Assembly: GCA_039589315.1 (NCBI GenBank)
Contig: JBDHHQ010000071.1
Span: forward strand, 1-51,055
DNA: 51,055 bases
Reading direction: 5' to 3'
Origin: Gemmatimonadota bacterium
GTDB lineage: Bacteria > Gemmatimonadota > Gemmatimonadetes > Longimicrobiales > Gaopeijiaceae
Shown in pieces: positions 17,644 through 28,800 of this stretch. The translations under genes and the position numbers were made by a program. Each line of letters begins with the position of its first letter. Position 1 is the stretch's first letter. Under the pieces are notes generated by a model. It was given only the letters and a program-made list of their open reading frames with translations. It was not told the DNA's origin and made no database searches.

Positions 17644-20298
17644 GTGAAGAGGCTCTGGGACGTCGACTCCCGAGAAGTGGACGAGGAGGTCAGGGAGGAG
17701 ATCGCGTTCTACCTCGAGGAGCGGGCCCGGGAGCTGGAGGCCCAGGGAATCGATCCGAAGGAGGCTCGACGACAGGCCCGTCAGGCCTTCGGCAACGTGG
17801 ACGAGGTCGTCGCACGGGTGCGGCGCATCGATCGAGGACGAAGCTGGGAGGAAGGGATGAAGACGATGGCCGACGGATTCTCGGGGAACGTACGCTACGC
17901 CATTCGGGGACTGCTCCGCTCACCTGGCTTCGCCACGGTGGCGGTCCTGACGCTGGGCCTCGGCATCGGAGCCGTTACGGCGATCTTCAGCGTGGTCAAC
18001 GCCTCTCTCCTACGGGCGCTTCCCTTCGAAGACGGCGAGGAGATCGTCTTCCTCCAAGGCGCCTACGATGCGCCGGAAGGCCCTGCCATCCGCGGTGCTT
18101 CGCCCCCGGAGGCCCGGGATTGGGAGGAGATGAGCCGGAGCTTCGCCGAAGTCTCGGTGGCCGGCGGAACGACCTTCACGCTCACCAGCGACGGGCCCGC
18201 CGAGGTCGTACCCGGCGAGCGTGTGGACGAAGGCTACTTCGGGCTGTTTCGCATCGAGCCCGCCCTCGGGCGGACGTTCACCGCGGAGGAGTACCGGGTG
18301 CCCGGGACGCACTTCGTGACGATCCTCAGCCATGACCTCTGGGCGCGGCGGTACGGAGGCGATCCCGCAGTGATCGGCCGCACGGTCGAGCTCGGGAGCC
18401 AGCCGTGGACCGTGGTGGGCGTCCTTCCGCAGGGCTTCCAGGGAACCACCCTCGACGCCGACCTCTTCGTGCCCCTGGCGACGCTGGGCGAGGAGACGCT
18501 GGCGTCCCGGGGCGACCGGTTCCTGGGCGTCGTGGCCCGCCTCGCCCCCGGCGTCAGCGTCGGAGACGCCCAGGCCGACATGGACCAGGTCGCAGCCCGC
18601 CTGGAAGAAGCGTACCCGGACGAGCACGAGGACCGGATCGCGCTGGTGACCCCTGCCCGGAACGTCTACCTGGGCAGCACGCGGACCCTCATGCTGGTCA
18701 TCCTCGGCGCCGCAGGGCTCCTTCTACTGGTGGCCGGCGCCAACATCGTCAACCTGCTCCTGGTGCGGGCGACCGCCCGTGAGGCGGAGGTGGTGGTTCG
18801 GCGGGCCCTCGGGGCCAGCCGGCGGCGGCTCCTGGCCCAGTTCGTCACCGAGGGCCTGGTCCTTGCGGCCGCCGGTGCCGCCGTGGGTCTGCTGCTCGGG
18901 ACCTGGGGCGCCCGCGCGCTGACCGCCGCGATGCCGGCGGCGCTGCTCCCGGCGTACGTGCAGGTCCGGCCCGATGTCCCCGTGTTCCTGTTCGTGACAC
19001 TGGTCATGACCCTGTTGGGCGTGGGCGCGGGTCTGGCGCCCGGTATCCTGGCCGCGAGGGGACGCGTAGCGGGATCGCTGCGGTCCCAGGGCCAGAGCAA
19101 TCGTGCTGGAACCTCCCGCCTCCAGGGAGCGTTCGTGATCAGCGAGGTGGCCCTCGCCCTGCTCCTCCTGGTAGGGGCCGGCCTCATGACCCGGAGCTTG
19201 AGCGCCCAGCTCGGCGTCGACCCTGGCTACGACCACGAGGCCCTATACGGCTTCCAGCTCTTCCTGCCGCAGGAGCGCTACGACCGCGAGGAGCTTCGGC
19301 CGGCGGTGGACGAGCTGGTCGCTCGACTCGAGGCGCGACCCGAGGTGGCCGCGGCAACGCTGATGTCGGACATCCCCCTCCGAAGCGGCTACTCCGCCAC
19401 CTACCTCTGGCTCGCTGACGCCACCCAGGATGAGGACCGAATCCGCTTCTACGTCCACCGCGTGGGGCCGGAGTGGTTCGCCACCATGGGGACGCCCATG
19501 GTTCGAGGCCGGCCCATCGACGCCACGGACAGCAACGAGGAGCTCGAGGTCGCCGTCATCAGCGAGGCACTCGCCGCCCGCTTCTTCCCCGGTGAAGACC
19601 CCGTCGGTGGGACCATCTTCCTGGGGAGTCGCGAGGGCGACGGACACACCGTCGTCGGCGTGGCCGCCGATGTCCGGTACCGGGACCTGACCACCGACAT
19701 CCGGGGCGGGTTTGACGACCCGGACGTCTACGTGCCCTGGGAGCGGTACCCCAACCGCGCCCTCGGCATCGTGCTCCGGCCTCGGGCTGGCGAGGCGTCA
19801 GGCCTGGATCGCGTCGTGCGGCAGATCGTGGCTGAATACGACCCGCTCCTGGCGGTGAGGAGCAACGGTCCCCTGGCCGACGATCTGCGGGGCCAGACGG
19901 CCCAAGCCCGCTTCGGCTTTCTCCTGCTCGCCACGTTCAGCGGGTTGGCGGTGATCCTCGCCGTGGTGGGACTCTACGGGGTGCTGGCCTTCGCCGTGGG
20001 TCGGCGCAGGCGTGAGATCGCCGTGCGCATGGCCCTGGGAGCCGAGCGGCCCCGGGTCCGGGCCATGGTCGTGCGGCAAGGCATGCGCCTCATCGCCGGA
20101 GGTCTGGTCCTGGGCCTCGGCGCTGCGCTCCTGGCCGGCCGCACTCTGGACGCCTTCCTCTTCGGCGTGAAACCGGTCGACCCTGTCACCTACCTGGTGG
20201 TCGTGGGCCTCATGGCGGGCGCCGGTGCCCTGGCCGCCTGGATTCCCGCGACCCGGGCCACCCACACCGATCCCCAGAGGGCGCTCCGGGAGGAGTGA
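17644..20298 (+). CDS. ADOP-type duplicated MacB/FtsX ABC permease with permease-prefix domain
   Basis: EEIAFYLEER..ARQAFG prefix, RSPGFATVAVLTLGLGIGA, two MacB-PCD/FtsX halves (RRALGASR; REIAVRMALGA). Directly after padR; no ATPase nearby. Confidence 0.93.
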   Translation: MKRLWDVDSREVDEEVREEIAFYLEERARELEAQGIDPKEARRQARQAFGNVDEVVARVRRIDRGRSWEEGMKTMADGFSGNVRYAIRGLLRSPGFATVAVLTLGLGIGAVTAIFSVVNASLLRALPFEDGEEIVFLQGAYDAPEGPAIRGASPPEARDWEEMSRSFAEVSVAGGTTFTLTSDGPAEVVPGERVDEGYFGLFRIEPALGRTFTAEEYRVPGTHFVTILSHDLWARRYGGDPAVIGRTVELGSQPWTVVGVLPQGFQGTTLDADLFVPLATLGEETLASRGDRFLGVVARLAPGVSVGDAQADMDQVAARLEEAYPDEHEDRIALVTPARNVYLGSTRTLMLVILGAAGLLLLVAGANIVNLLLVRATAREAEVVVRRALGASRRRLLAQFVTEGLVLAAAGAAVGLLLGTWGARALTAAMPAALLPAYVQVRPDVPVFLFVTLVMTLLGVGAGLAPGILAARGRVAGSLRSQGQSNRAGTSRLQGAFVISEVALALLLLVGAGLMTRSLSAQLGVDPGYDHEALYGFQLFLPQERYDREELRPAVDELVARLEARPEVAAATLMSDIPLRSGYSATYLWLADATQDEDRIRFYVHRVGPEWFATMGTPMVRGRPIDATDSNEELEVAVISEALAARFFPGEDPVGGTIFLGSREGDGHTVVGVAADVRYRDLTTDIRGGFDDPDVYVPWERYPNRALGIVLRPRAGEASGLDRVVRQIVAEYDPLLAVRSNGPLADDLRGQTAQARFGFLLLATFSGLAVILAVVGLYGVLAFAVGRRRREIAVRMALGAERPRVRAMVVRQGMRLIAGGLVLGLGAALLAGRTLDAFLFGVKPVDPVTYLVVVGLMAGAGALAAWIPATRATHTDPQRALREE

Positions 20299-20430
20299 GC
20301 GGACGCACCGGCCGACTCGAGAACGGCGTTCGACAGTCGCGGTGGTCTGATGACGGGGGAGACCTACACGGCGGAGCCCCGCGGTTGAGGTCGGACTCCC
20401 GGCTGATCGCCGGGCCGGAGCCAGGCTTGC

Positions 20431-20467
20431 CGTCCGGAGGCCGCGCTCACTGCGCGGCCTCCGGACG
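20431..20467. terminator. Perfect 16-bp hairpin between convergent genes
   Basis: CGTCCGGAGGCCGCGC-TCACT-GCGCGGCCTCCGGACG; no U tract. Confidence 0.65.
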
Positions 20468-20480
20468 CTGGTTCGTCGAA

Positions 20481-21143
20481 TCAACCGCCAGTTGGTGCTG
20501 GGTGAGTTGCGGCGAAGTAGACCGGGCAGTGCGGCTGACCGGCCGCGTTGACACCGTCGGTTGGACAAGCGCTCCCTGTCCAGAAGTCGCTCAACCATTG
20601 GTCGAGATCGCTTCCGGCGTCCTCGACCTGGCCGTGATATGCCGCCTCGACCCGTACCAGTGCGCCTTCGGGATCTCGCAGATCGCCGAAGAGAGCGCCG
20701 CCGAGGGCCGGCAGTCCGACGATGCTCGGGTCACCCTTCGCAGCCGTCATGTGCACGGTCGCCTTCCCGTTTTGACCGATAACCGCCCCCGCCCCCAAAG
20801 CGACGAAGATGTCGTCGGGGAAGGTGGCGTCGTCTTGGACGGCGACCCACCAAAAGGTGAACACTCCGCCTGGCTTCAGCCCGTTCGCGTGCACGACCGC
20901 CTTCAGATCGTCGTGGTCACGCTTTAGCTGAGCCCACCCCAAGGTCGAGCCTAGCGTCGTTGCTCCTGGGGTGAAGTCGCCTCCCTCGAACTCCAGCAGG
21001 AGAGGTTGGCGGTCCCTGTTGTCTGCCATGGCCAGCGCCACAGCATCCGCATCAGTCAAGCCCTCGGCCTGGGTGATCGGCGACTCGCATGCCGTGACAA
21101 GGACAATCAGCAGCACCATCCCGAAAAGTCTGAAAGCTCGCAT
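20481..21143 (-). CDS. Hypothetical lipoprotein
   Basis: MRAFRLFGMVLLIVLVTAC lipobox with AGAGG SD; GLKPGGVFTFWWV motif; C-terminal Cys pair. Confidence 0.8.
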   Translation of the reverse strand: MRAFRLFGMVLLIVLVTACESPITQAEGLTDADAVALAMADNRDRQPLLLEFEGGDFTPGATTLGSTLGWAQLKRDHDDLKAVVHANGLKPGGVFTFWWVAVQDDATFPDDIFVALGAGAVIGQNGKATVHMTAAKGDPSIVGLPALGGALFGDLRDPEGALVRVEAAYHGQVEDAGSDLDQWLSDFWTGSACPTDGVNAAGQPHCPVYFAATHPAPTGG

Positions 21144-21269
21144 GATTCCTCTCTTTGTTTGGTGGCAAGGGCGTGAGCACGTACCTTGGAGATGAGTAGC
21201 GAATGGTCGTCCCACGGTCGTCCGCGGATCGTCCGCCGGCCATTCGCGTCATCCAGGGAGGGCGGTCCA

Positions 21270-24200
21270 ACGTCTGACCTCAAACCGCTGCGCCTTTGGA
21301 CGCTGGGCCGACTCGAGCTCGAAGGCCCACCTCGCTCCGAAGCCAGCTCACTCCTGCAAGGGCCCAAGCGCGTGGCCCTTCTGGCCTACCTGGCGGCGAC
21401 TCGTCGTAGCGGCTTCCTTCGTCGTGACGCGCTGCTTCCGCTGCTGTGGCCAGACCTCGATCAGACGCAAGGCCGGCACGCCCTCCGGAACACGCTGCAC
21501 AGCCTGCGCAAGACGCTGGGCCCAGAGTGCGTTACCAACCGGGGCCGCGATGAGATCACGCTAGCGAACGACGTGCTCTGGCTCGATGCGGAGGCCTTCG
21601 AGGGCGCGGTCTCCGAGGGCCGTCATGAGGATGCCGTTGCCCTCTATGCCGGTGATTTCCTGAGCGGCTTCCACGTCTCGAATGTTGCGCCCGACTTCGA
21701 GCATTGGATGGATCGAGAACGCGACCGCCTCGCTCGTGGATACACGAAGGCGCTCGAGCACATCGCCAAGGTCCGCGGCGAACGCGGCGACCATCGAGGG
21801 GCCGCCGACGCATGGCGTAGGCTGGTCGCCCGGGAGCCGCTCAGCGAACGCCTCGTCCTGCACCTGATGGAGTCGCTGGCCGCGGCGGGTGAGCGCGGCG
21901 CGGCCCTCGGGGAAGCAGACAGCCACATCGAGCGCATGCGCACGGAGTACGACGCGGATCCCGCCCCCTTGGTCTTGAGCCTGGCTCGCGAGCTGCGTAC
22001 TCACGAGGACGCCGCGCACGTCCAGGCCGACGAATCCGCCGACCCCGGTGTCCGAGCTCCGGACCAGCGCCCGACGCGCACGGGAATCCAGCCCTCCCCT
22101 GGCGTGTCGAGTCCACCCGTCGCTTCCGCGGAACCGCCCCTCGTCGGTCGGGCCCATGAATGGCAGCGGTTGCAGGCCGCCTGGCAGAGGGCGGCTGATG
22201 GCCGGGCGGGAATGGTCGCCATCCAGGGCGTACCGGGCATCGGCAAGACGAGACTGGCAGAGGAGCAGCTGGGCTGTACGGCCCGAAGGGGGATTCCCCA
22301 CGCCCGCTGTCGGTGCTACGCCGGCGAGGCCCGGTTGGCGTACGGACCGGTGGCGGAGTGGCTCCGCTCTAGCGTCATGAACACCACGCTGCGCGATCTG
22401 GAGCCGGTGTGGCTCACGGAGGTGGCCCGCGTCCTTCCGGAGCTGCAGGCCGAGCTCCCGGATCTCCCCCCTCCCAAGCCGTTGACCGAGAGTTGGCAGC
22501 GGCGACAGTTCCTCGAGGCGCTGGCGAGAGGCGTGTTGGCGGCCCCTGAGCCCCTCTTCCTGCTGATCGACGACCTCCAGTGGTGTGACGCGGAGACGCT
22601 GGAATGGCTCCGCTTCCTGATGCACTTCGCTCCGGACGCCGCCCTCCTGGTCGTGGGCACCGTTCGCAGTGAGGAAGTGGGCCGCGAGCACCCCTGGAAT
22701 CGCCTGAAGTTGGCGCTTCAGGAGAGCAGTCAGCTCACTGAGGTCGCGCTCGGGTCACTGGACCACACGGACACGGCCGCGCTGGCCGGGCACGTAGCGG
22801 AACGGGATCTCAGCGCCGACCAGATCCATCGCGTTTTCCAGGAGACGGAAGGCAATCCCCTGTTCGTCGTGGAGGCGGTGAGAGCGGGGTTGCTGGAGGC
22901 GGCGCCGCATCCGGGGGCCTTTGCATACGGGAGCTCTGCATCGCTTCCGCCGAGGGTCCAGGCCGTCATCGAATTCCGCCTATCTCAGCTGTCGGCACCG
23001 GCGCGCGAGCTGGCCGCGCTCGCAGCGACGCTCGGACGTCGGTTCACCATGGACGTGTTGGCTGAGGCCGGCGTGTGTGACGAGCACGAGCTACCGGGTG
23101 CGTTGGACGAGCTGTGGCAGCGGCGGATCGTGCAGGGACACGGTACGGGGACCTACGACTTCAGCCACGATAAGCTCCGCGAGGTGGCCTACGCGGAAAT
23201 CGGTCCGGCGCGACGCCGCTTCCTGCACCGCCGGGCCGCCCGAGCGCTGGAAGCGACGAGCGCTCCGCGCCTCGACGAGCTCAGCAGCCAGCTCGCCGTG
23301 CACTACGAGTTGGCGGGGCTGCTCGAGGATGCGATCGCGTACTACGAGCGGGCCGCCGGAGTAGCCCGCCGCACCTACGGTGACGAAGAAGCGATCGGTC
23401 TGCTGACTCGGGCCCTGCGGCTGCTGGAGTACCTGCCCGAGAGCACCGCCAGAGAAGAGCGGGAGCTCAGGCTTGTTGTCGCATTGGGCGTCTCGGCTGT
23501 CGCAGCGAGGGGCTGGGCCGCCCAGGAAGCCGGTGAGGCGTTTGCCCGGGGGTCGACGCTGGGCTGCGAGCTCGGCAAAAGATCACCGGAGTTCGTGACG
23601 GCGGTATGGGGCCTCCACGCCTTCTACGGGGTTCGGGGCGATGTACGGAAGGCAGTAGAGGTCTCCGGGCCACTGTGGGAGCTCGCCGAGCACGACGGGC
23701 GTCCCGAAGCCCGGGTGGCGAGCCAGTTCAACCGGGCGTTCAGCCATTTCCATTGTGGAGAGCTCTCCGATGCCGAGCGCATCCTGGAAGACCTGGTCGC
23801 CAATCCCCACTTCCAGGATCGCCCCCCCGCTTTGATGGGCTTTCCGTTGGGCGTCCTCACCCACTGTTACCGGGCCCACGTGTTGTGGCACTTGGGCCAC
23901 GCCGATCGAGCACTCGAGAGCATGCGAAGTGCCCGGTCGCTGGCCGAGGATCGCGCTGATCCGTTCGAGCGGTCCATGGCATTGGCGTACGAATCCATGC
24001 TTCACCAGTTCTGCGACGATCCGGATGCCTCGAGGTCCTGCGCGGAATCTGCGTTGGCGCTGTGCGACCGGTACGGGATCTCGTATTACGGCGCCTGGGT
24101 CTCGATCCTCCGAGGCTGGGCCCTTGGCGCCCAGGGCGAGCCCGAGCGAGGCATCGACGCGATCCAGCACGGGCTTTCCGACCTCCGACGCTCCGGTGCA

Positions 24201-24503
24201 GAGCTCAGGCGCCCTTACTACCTGGGGCTGACGGCAGGCCTCTACGCAAGACTCGGTGACAGTGAGACCGGCATCGCGACCGTATCCGAGGCGCTGGCCA
24301 TCGCCCGGGAAAAAGGGGAGCGATGGTGCGAGCCCGAGCTACTGCGACTCGACGGGGAGTTGCTCACGCTGAAGGATGCCCAGTCCGAAGCCGAGGACCG
24401 TTTCCGTCAGGCAATCCGCCTCGCCCGACAGCAGGGGGCACGTGCCGTGGAGGCTCGCGCGTCGGCGAGCCTGAACGGGGGAGCCAGCCCCGCCCGAGCG
24501 TGA
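21270..24503 (+). CDS. SARP family regulator: wHTH + BTAD + AAA ATPase + TPR
   Basis: LRLWTLGRLEL, ALLAYLA, LLWPD..ALRNTLHSLRK, LYAGDFLSGF, Walker A GVPGIGKT, Walker B LLIDDLQW, EGNPLFV, FSHDKLRE. Start is uncertain: ACG 21270 follows a strong SD; upstream TTG 21186 and ATG 21192 are alternatives. Confidence 0.9.
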   Translation, partial: TSDLKPLRLWTLGRLELEGPPRSEASSLLQGPKRVALLAYLAATRRSGFLRRDALLPLLWPDLDQTQGRHALRNTLHSLRKTLGPECVTNRGRDEITLANDVLWLDAEAFEGAVSEGRHEDAVALYAGDFLSGFHVSNVAPDFEHWMDRERDRLARGYTKALEHIAKVRGERGDHRGAADAWRRLVAREPLSERLVLHLMESLAAAGERGAALGEADSHIERMRTEYDADPAPLVLSLARELRTHEDAAHVQADESADPGVRAPDQRPTRTGIQPSPGVSSPPVASAEPPLVGRAHEWQRLQAAWQRAADGRAGMVAIQGVPGIGKTRLAEEQLGCTARRGIPHARCRCYAGEARLAYGPVAEWLRSSVMNTTLRDLEPVWLTEVARVLPELQAELPDLPPPKPLTESWQRRQFLEALARGVLAAPEPLFLLIDDLQWCDAETLEWLRFLMHFAPDAALLVVGTVRSEEVGREHPWNRLKLALQESSQLTEVALGSLDHTDTAALAGHVAERDLSADQIHRVFQETEGNPLFVVEAVRAGLLEAAPHPGAFAYGSSASLPPRVQAVIEFRLSQLSAPARELAALAATLGRRFTMDVLAEAGVCDEHELPGALDELWQRRIVQGHGTGTYDFSHDKLREVAYAEIGPARRRFLHRRAARALEATSAPRLDELSSQLAVHYELAGLLEDAIAYYERAAGVARRTYGDEEAIGLLTRALRLLEYLPESTAREERELRLVVALGVSAVAARGWAAQEAGEAFARGSTLGCELGKRSPEFVTAVWGLHAFYGVRGDVRKAVEVSGPLWELAEHDGRPEARVASQFNRAFSHFHCGELSDAERILEDLVANPHFQDRPPALMGFPLGVLTHCYRAHVLWHLGHADRALESMRSARSLAEDRADPFERSMALAYESMLHQFCDDPDASRSCAESALALCDRYGISYYGAWVSILRGWALGAQGEPERGIDAIQHGLSDLRRSGAELRRPYYLGLTAGLYARLGDSETGIATVSEALAIAREKGERWCEPELLRLDGELLTLKDAQSEAEDRFRQAIRLARQQGARAVEARASASLNGGASPARA

Positions 24504-24637
24504 GCGACAAGGGGGTCCCGTTCATGACCCCGGCCACCTTTCAATGCTGGGTCGGCCGGACCCGGGCGTCTGTCGGGAGGGGGTGGAAGAGGTCGTGGGG
24601 AGCTACTCTGCTCGCGGCGGCCCCGACGCGGAGCGCT

Positions 24638-25513
24638 TCACGAACACGACGGTACGTGCGACTCCGGGTCGTGCCCATCGTAGCCCGGGTGGCCATAGCC
24701 CATATAGACGGTGTTGGTGGCGGTATCCTCCCCGGCGGGGAACCTGAACCACTTCTCCTGGAGGGCCGCCAGCGTGCCATCCAGCTTCATACACTCGAGT
24801 GCGTTCTCGACTTCGTTCCGGAGCTCGACGTCGTCTGGGTGGAAGGCGAGCCCGAACTTGCCTGCGATCGGAAGATTGTAGGCAACGGTAACGATCCCCA
24901 GCTGGTCGGCCGTATGCGTCACCGCTGGCAGATCGGCCAGGTTGGCGAATGCACGCCGGTTGATCACGGCGCTCACCGCTTCGCCATTCGCCTGGTACCG
25001 CTGCACGGAAAACCCCAGCCAGGCCTCGTTGACGGTCGCCCACGTGTCGGACACGGTCCCGACCTCCACCGCCAGGATCTTGCCCCGCAGGTCCCTCACG
25101 TCCCGCAGCTCGTCCCCCTGGAACACGAGGAAGCCCAATCCCGTGTCCATGTAGCCCTCGGAAAAGAGGACTCTACGTGCCCGATCGGGCGTGATGTTCG
25201 TGGGCGTGACGATCATCTCGAAGTTTCTGGCACGCAGCGCGTCGAATACGCCGTCGAAGTCCTGAATGACGAGCTTTGTGCCGGGTCGTCCGATCCGCTG
25301 GGCGATTTCCGATGCCAGATCGAACGAGAAGCCCTCGTATCCGCCGGTCGGGTTCTGCGCCGTGAACGGTGGATAATCCACGTCCGTGCCGATGACCAGC
25401 GGACCCGGTCGGTCTTGCGCGCCGAGGGGTGCTCCGATGGCTAAGCTGCCGAGAAGCAGACGGGCTGTCACCGCGGCGTGCCAGGCGGGTGCTGCGGGGT
25501 TCTTCCGACTCAT
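24638..25513 (-). CDS. Polar amino-acid ABC transporter substrate-binding protein (family 3)
   Basis: Signal peptide, GTDVDYPPF, GFSFDLA, ITPDRAR.VLFS, DGTLAALQEKWF. GGAGG SD before ATG 25513. Confidence 0.92.
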   Translation of the reverse strand: MSRKNPAAPAWHAAVTARLLLGSLAIGAPLGAQDRPGPLVIGTDVDYPPFTAQNPTGGYEGFSFDLASEIAQRIGRPGTKLVIQDFDGVFDALRARNFEMIVTPTNITPDRARRVLFSEGYMDTGLGFLVFQGDELRDVRDLRGKILAVEVGTVSDTWATVNEAWLGFSVQRYQANGEAVSAVINRRAFANLADLPAVTHTADQLGIVTVAYNLPIAGKFGLAFHPDDVELRNEVENALECMKLDGTLAALQEKWFRFPAGEDTATNTVYMGYGHPGYDGHDPESHVPSCS

Positions 25514-25804
25514 GGGAGGAACCTCCATCCGAGGTCAGTCGGCAGATATGGGCAACGTCGCCGCACGGGATGCCCCCGTCAAGCGAGGGCCGAGGCGCGA
25601 GGCGCGAATCGATCTGGGCAAGTCCGGATGCCGGGTCAGCACTCTCGGACCCCGCGCAGGGCAACGCTACCGAGACTCAGGCTTTCCCCTTGTCCGCCCC
25701 GGAGCCCGGTCCTACCGTCTCCTCGGCTGGGCCCGGGCCCGGCGGTCCTCTAGACCCCAGAGGCCCGTTGGGTTCTGGGCCGCACAGTCCCCTTCCCCGA
25801 CGAA

Positions 25805-28800
25805 ATGAGAGCGACACCCGTGACGACGCTCCGCATCTCCTGGCTCGCGATTCTCGCGGCCGCCGCGCCCCCGCTCCTCGTGTCCCCTTCGCAGGTCCAC
25901 GCCCAGGTCGACCCCGGACTCTTCCAGTCCATGGAGTACCGTGGCATCGGCCCGTCCCGCGGAGGACGGGTGACCACCGTGACGGGCATTCCAGGCCAGA
26001 CGTACACGTTCTACATGGGCGCGACGGGGGGCGGCGTCTGGAAGACCACCGACGCCGGCACCACCTGGCACAACATCTCGGACGGCTACTTCAACACGAC
26101 CGGAATCGGTTCGATCGCCGTCGCCCCGTCGGATGCCAATGTCGTCTACGTGGGCACCGGCGAGTCTCCCGTCCGGGGCGTGAAGACGTCGCATGGAGAC
26201 GGCGTCTACAAGTCCACCGACGCAGGAGAGACGTGGACGCATCTGGGGCTGGAGGCCACCCGCCACATCAGCCGGATCATCGTGCACCCGACGGATCCCG
26301 ACCGGGTGTTCCTGGCCGCGCAGGGCAACCCGTGGGGCCCCAACGAGGAGCGGGGCATCTACCGGTCGGAAGACGGCGGCCAGACGTGGCACAAGATCCT
26401 GTTCGTGAACGAGGACGCGGGGATCGTGGACCTCACGGTCGACGCCACGAACCCGAACATCATGATGGCCACGTCGTGGGAGTTCCGGCGCTGGCCGTGG
26501 GTGGTCAAGAGCGGCGGACCGGGCAGCCGGGTCTACAAGACCACCGACGGGGGCGAAAACTGGCGGGAGATCACGGAGGGACTGCCCGACCTCAAGGGCA
26601 AGATGGGCATCGCCATCTCACCGGCCAGTCCGCGGATCGTCTACATGGCCATCGAGGCGAAGGACGGCCAGGGTGGCGTGTACCGCTCGGACGACGCAGG
26701 CGAGACCTTCCGTCAGGTCAGCGACGATCCCAGGACGTGGGCCCGGGCGTGGTACTACATGCACATCATCGCTGACCCCAACGACGCGGACGAGGTCTGG
26801 GTGTTGAACAGCGGCGCCATGCGGTCCATCGATGGCGGCCAGACCTATACCCGAATCCCGGACAGTCACGTCGATCACCACGCGCTGTGGATCAACCCCG
26901 CCGACAGCGACGTCATGATCAACGGGAACGACGGCGGCGCCTCCGTGACGTTCAACGGCGGCCAGACCTGGTCGAGCGTGATGAACCAGCCCACTGCCCA
27001 GATGTACCGGGTGATCACGGACAACCAGTACCCGTACCGGGTCTACTCCGGCCAGCAGGACGCCAGCGGCATCGTGATCGACAGCCGTACCCTGGGCGAC
27101 GGCATCGGCCAGACGCACTGGACCACGATCCGGTCCGGCGAGTCGGCAACGATCGCCTTCGATCCGGAGGATCCCCGCTACGTCTACTCCACCTTCTTCG
27201 CCAGCTTCCTGGGCGAGTGGGACCGGGACACCAACAACTACCGCATGGTCCGCCCTTACCCGGAGCGGGTCACGGGCGAGCAGCCCAGAAACCTCGAGCT
27301 GCGGGCCAACTGGAACGGTCCGGTCACCGCGTCCCCCCACGACCCTACCGTGATCTACTACGGGTCCCAGTACCTGATGAAGTCCACGGACCGTGGGAAC
27401 AGCTGGGAGATCCTGAGCCCCGACCTGACCCGCAATGACAAGGAGCACCAGGGCCCGGGCGGCTACCCGATCTCCAACGAGCAGATCACGGCCGAGAGCT
27501 ACAACAACCTCTTCGACATCCAAGAGTCACCCCTCGAAGAGGGCGTGATCTGGGTCGGGTCCGACGACGGCCTGGTGCACGTCACCCGTGACGGCGGCGA
27601 GACGTGGGAGAACGTGACGCCGGAGGGGCTGGCCGAGAGCATCATCAACGTCATCGAGGCCTCGCCTCACGACCCGGCCACGGCCTACTTCGCGGCGGCC
27701 GGCTACAAGATGAACGACTTCACGCCCCACATCTACAAGACCAACGACTACGGCCAGACATGGCAGCAGATCGTGAACGGGATCCCGGGGAACACCTTCG
27801 CACGGTCGGTCCGCGAGGATCCGGACCGGCGGGGCCTGCTGTACGCCGGAACGGAGACCGGCATGTTCGTCTCGTTCGACGACGGCGCCGTGTGGCAGGA
27901 GCTCCAGCTCAACCTGCCCGAGGTCCCCATCACCGACCTCCGGGTCCGCCAGAAGGACCTGGTGGTCTCGACGCAGGGCCGGTCGCTGTGGATTCTCGAC
28001 GATCTGACACCGCTCCACCAGATGTCGGATGCCGTGGCCAGCGCCGACTACCATCTGTACCAGCCCAGGGACACCTACCGAAGCATCGCCCGGGGCTACT
28101 ATGCGGAGGGGGGGCCGGGGGAGAATCCGCCGGCGGGCGTACAGGTCCACTACGTCCTGAGCGCGCCGGTTGCGGACGACACCCCCATCACCATGGAGAT
28201 CCTGGATCAGGACGGACGGGTCGTATTCTCGGAGGTGTCGCCCGACGGTTCGCCGGATTGCGAAGCCTCACCGCGCCCTCGCAACCTGACCCGCGAGGCG
28301 GGAGCGAACCGTTGGAGCTGGAACATGCAGGTCGGAGAGTTCGCCTGCCTCGACGAGATCACGGCCACGTCGCCCGGACTGAGCGCCTATCCGGCGGCAC
28401 CGGGACCCTACCAGGCCCGCCTCACCGTAGGTGACTTCCAACAGACGCAGGATTTCCGGATCCTGATCGACCCCAGGCTGGAGGGGATCGCGGCGGACCC
28501 GGAGGCCGAGTACGCCGAGCTCGATCATCTGTCCGCGTCGCTCTATGGGGCGGCAAGCGAGATGGCCCGAGGCGTCAGGGACCTGAGGCAGGTGAAGGAG
28601 CAGCTCGACTTCATCCTCGAAGTGTCCACGTCCCGAGAGGTCACGGAAGGAGGGGAAGCTCTGGACGAGACCGTGGACGAGTGGATCGCGCAGATCCTGC
28701 AGAAGGAGCTCAAGACCTTCCAGAACGCTTATCAACACGAAGCGCGTCTGCTCATGAAGTACAAGGATCTGCTCGAGCGCATCGGTGGAGCGAACATCCC

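Noticed and set aside
21270..24503. STAND/Avs-type antiphage NTPase
   Set aside because: The N-terminus is a SARP wHTH-BTAD module, with no nuclease, TIR or SIR2 effector.
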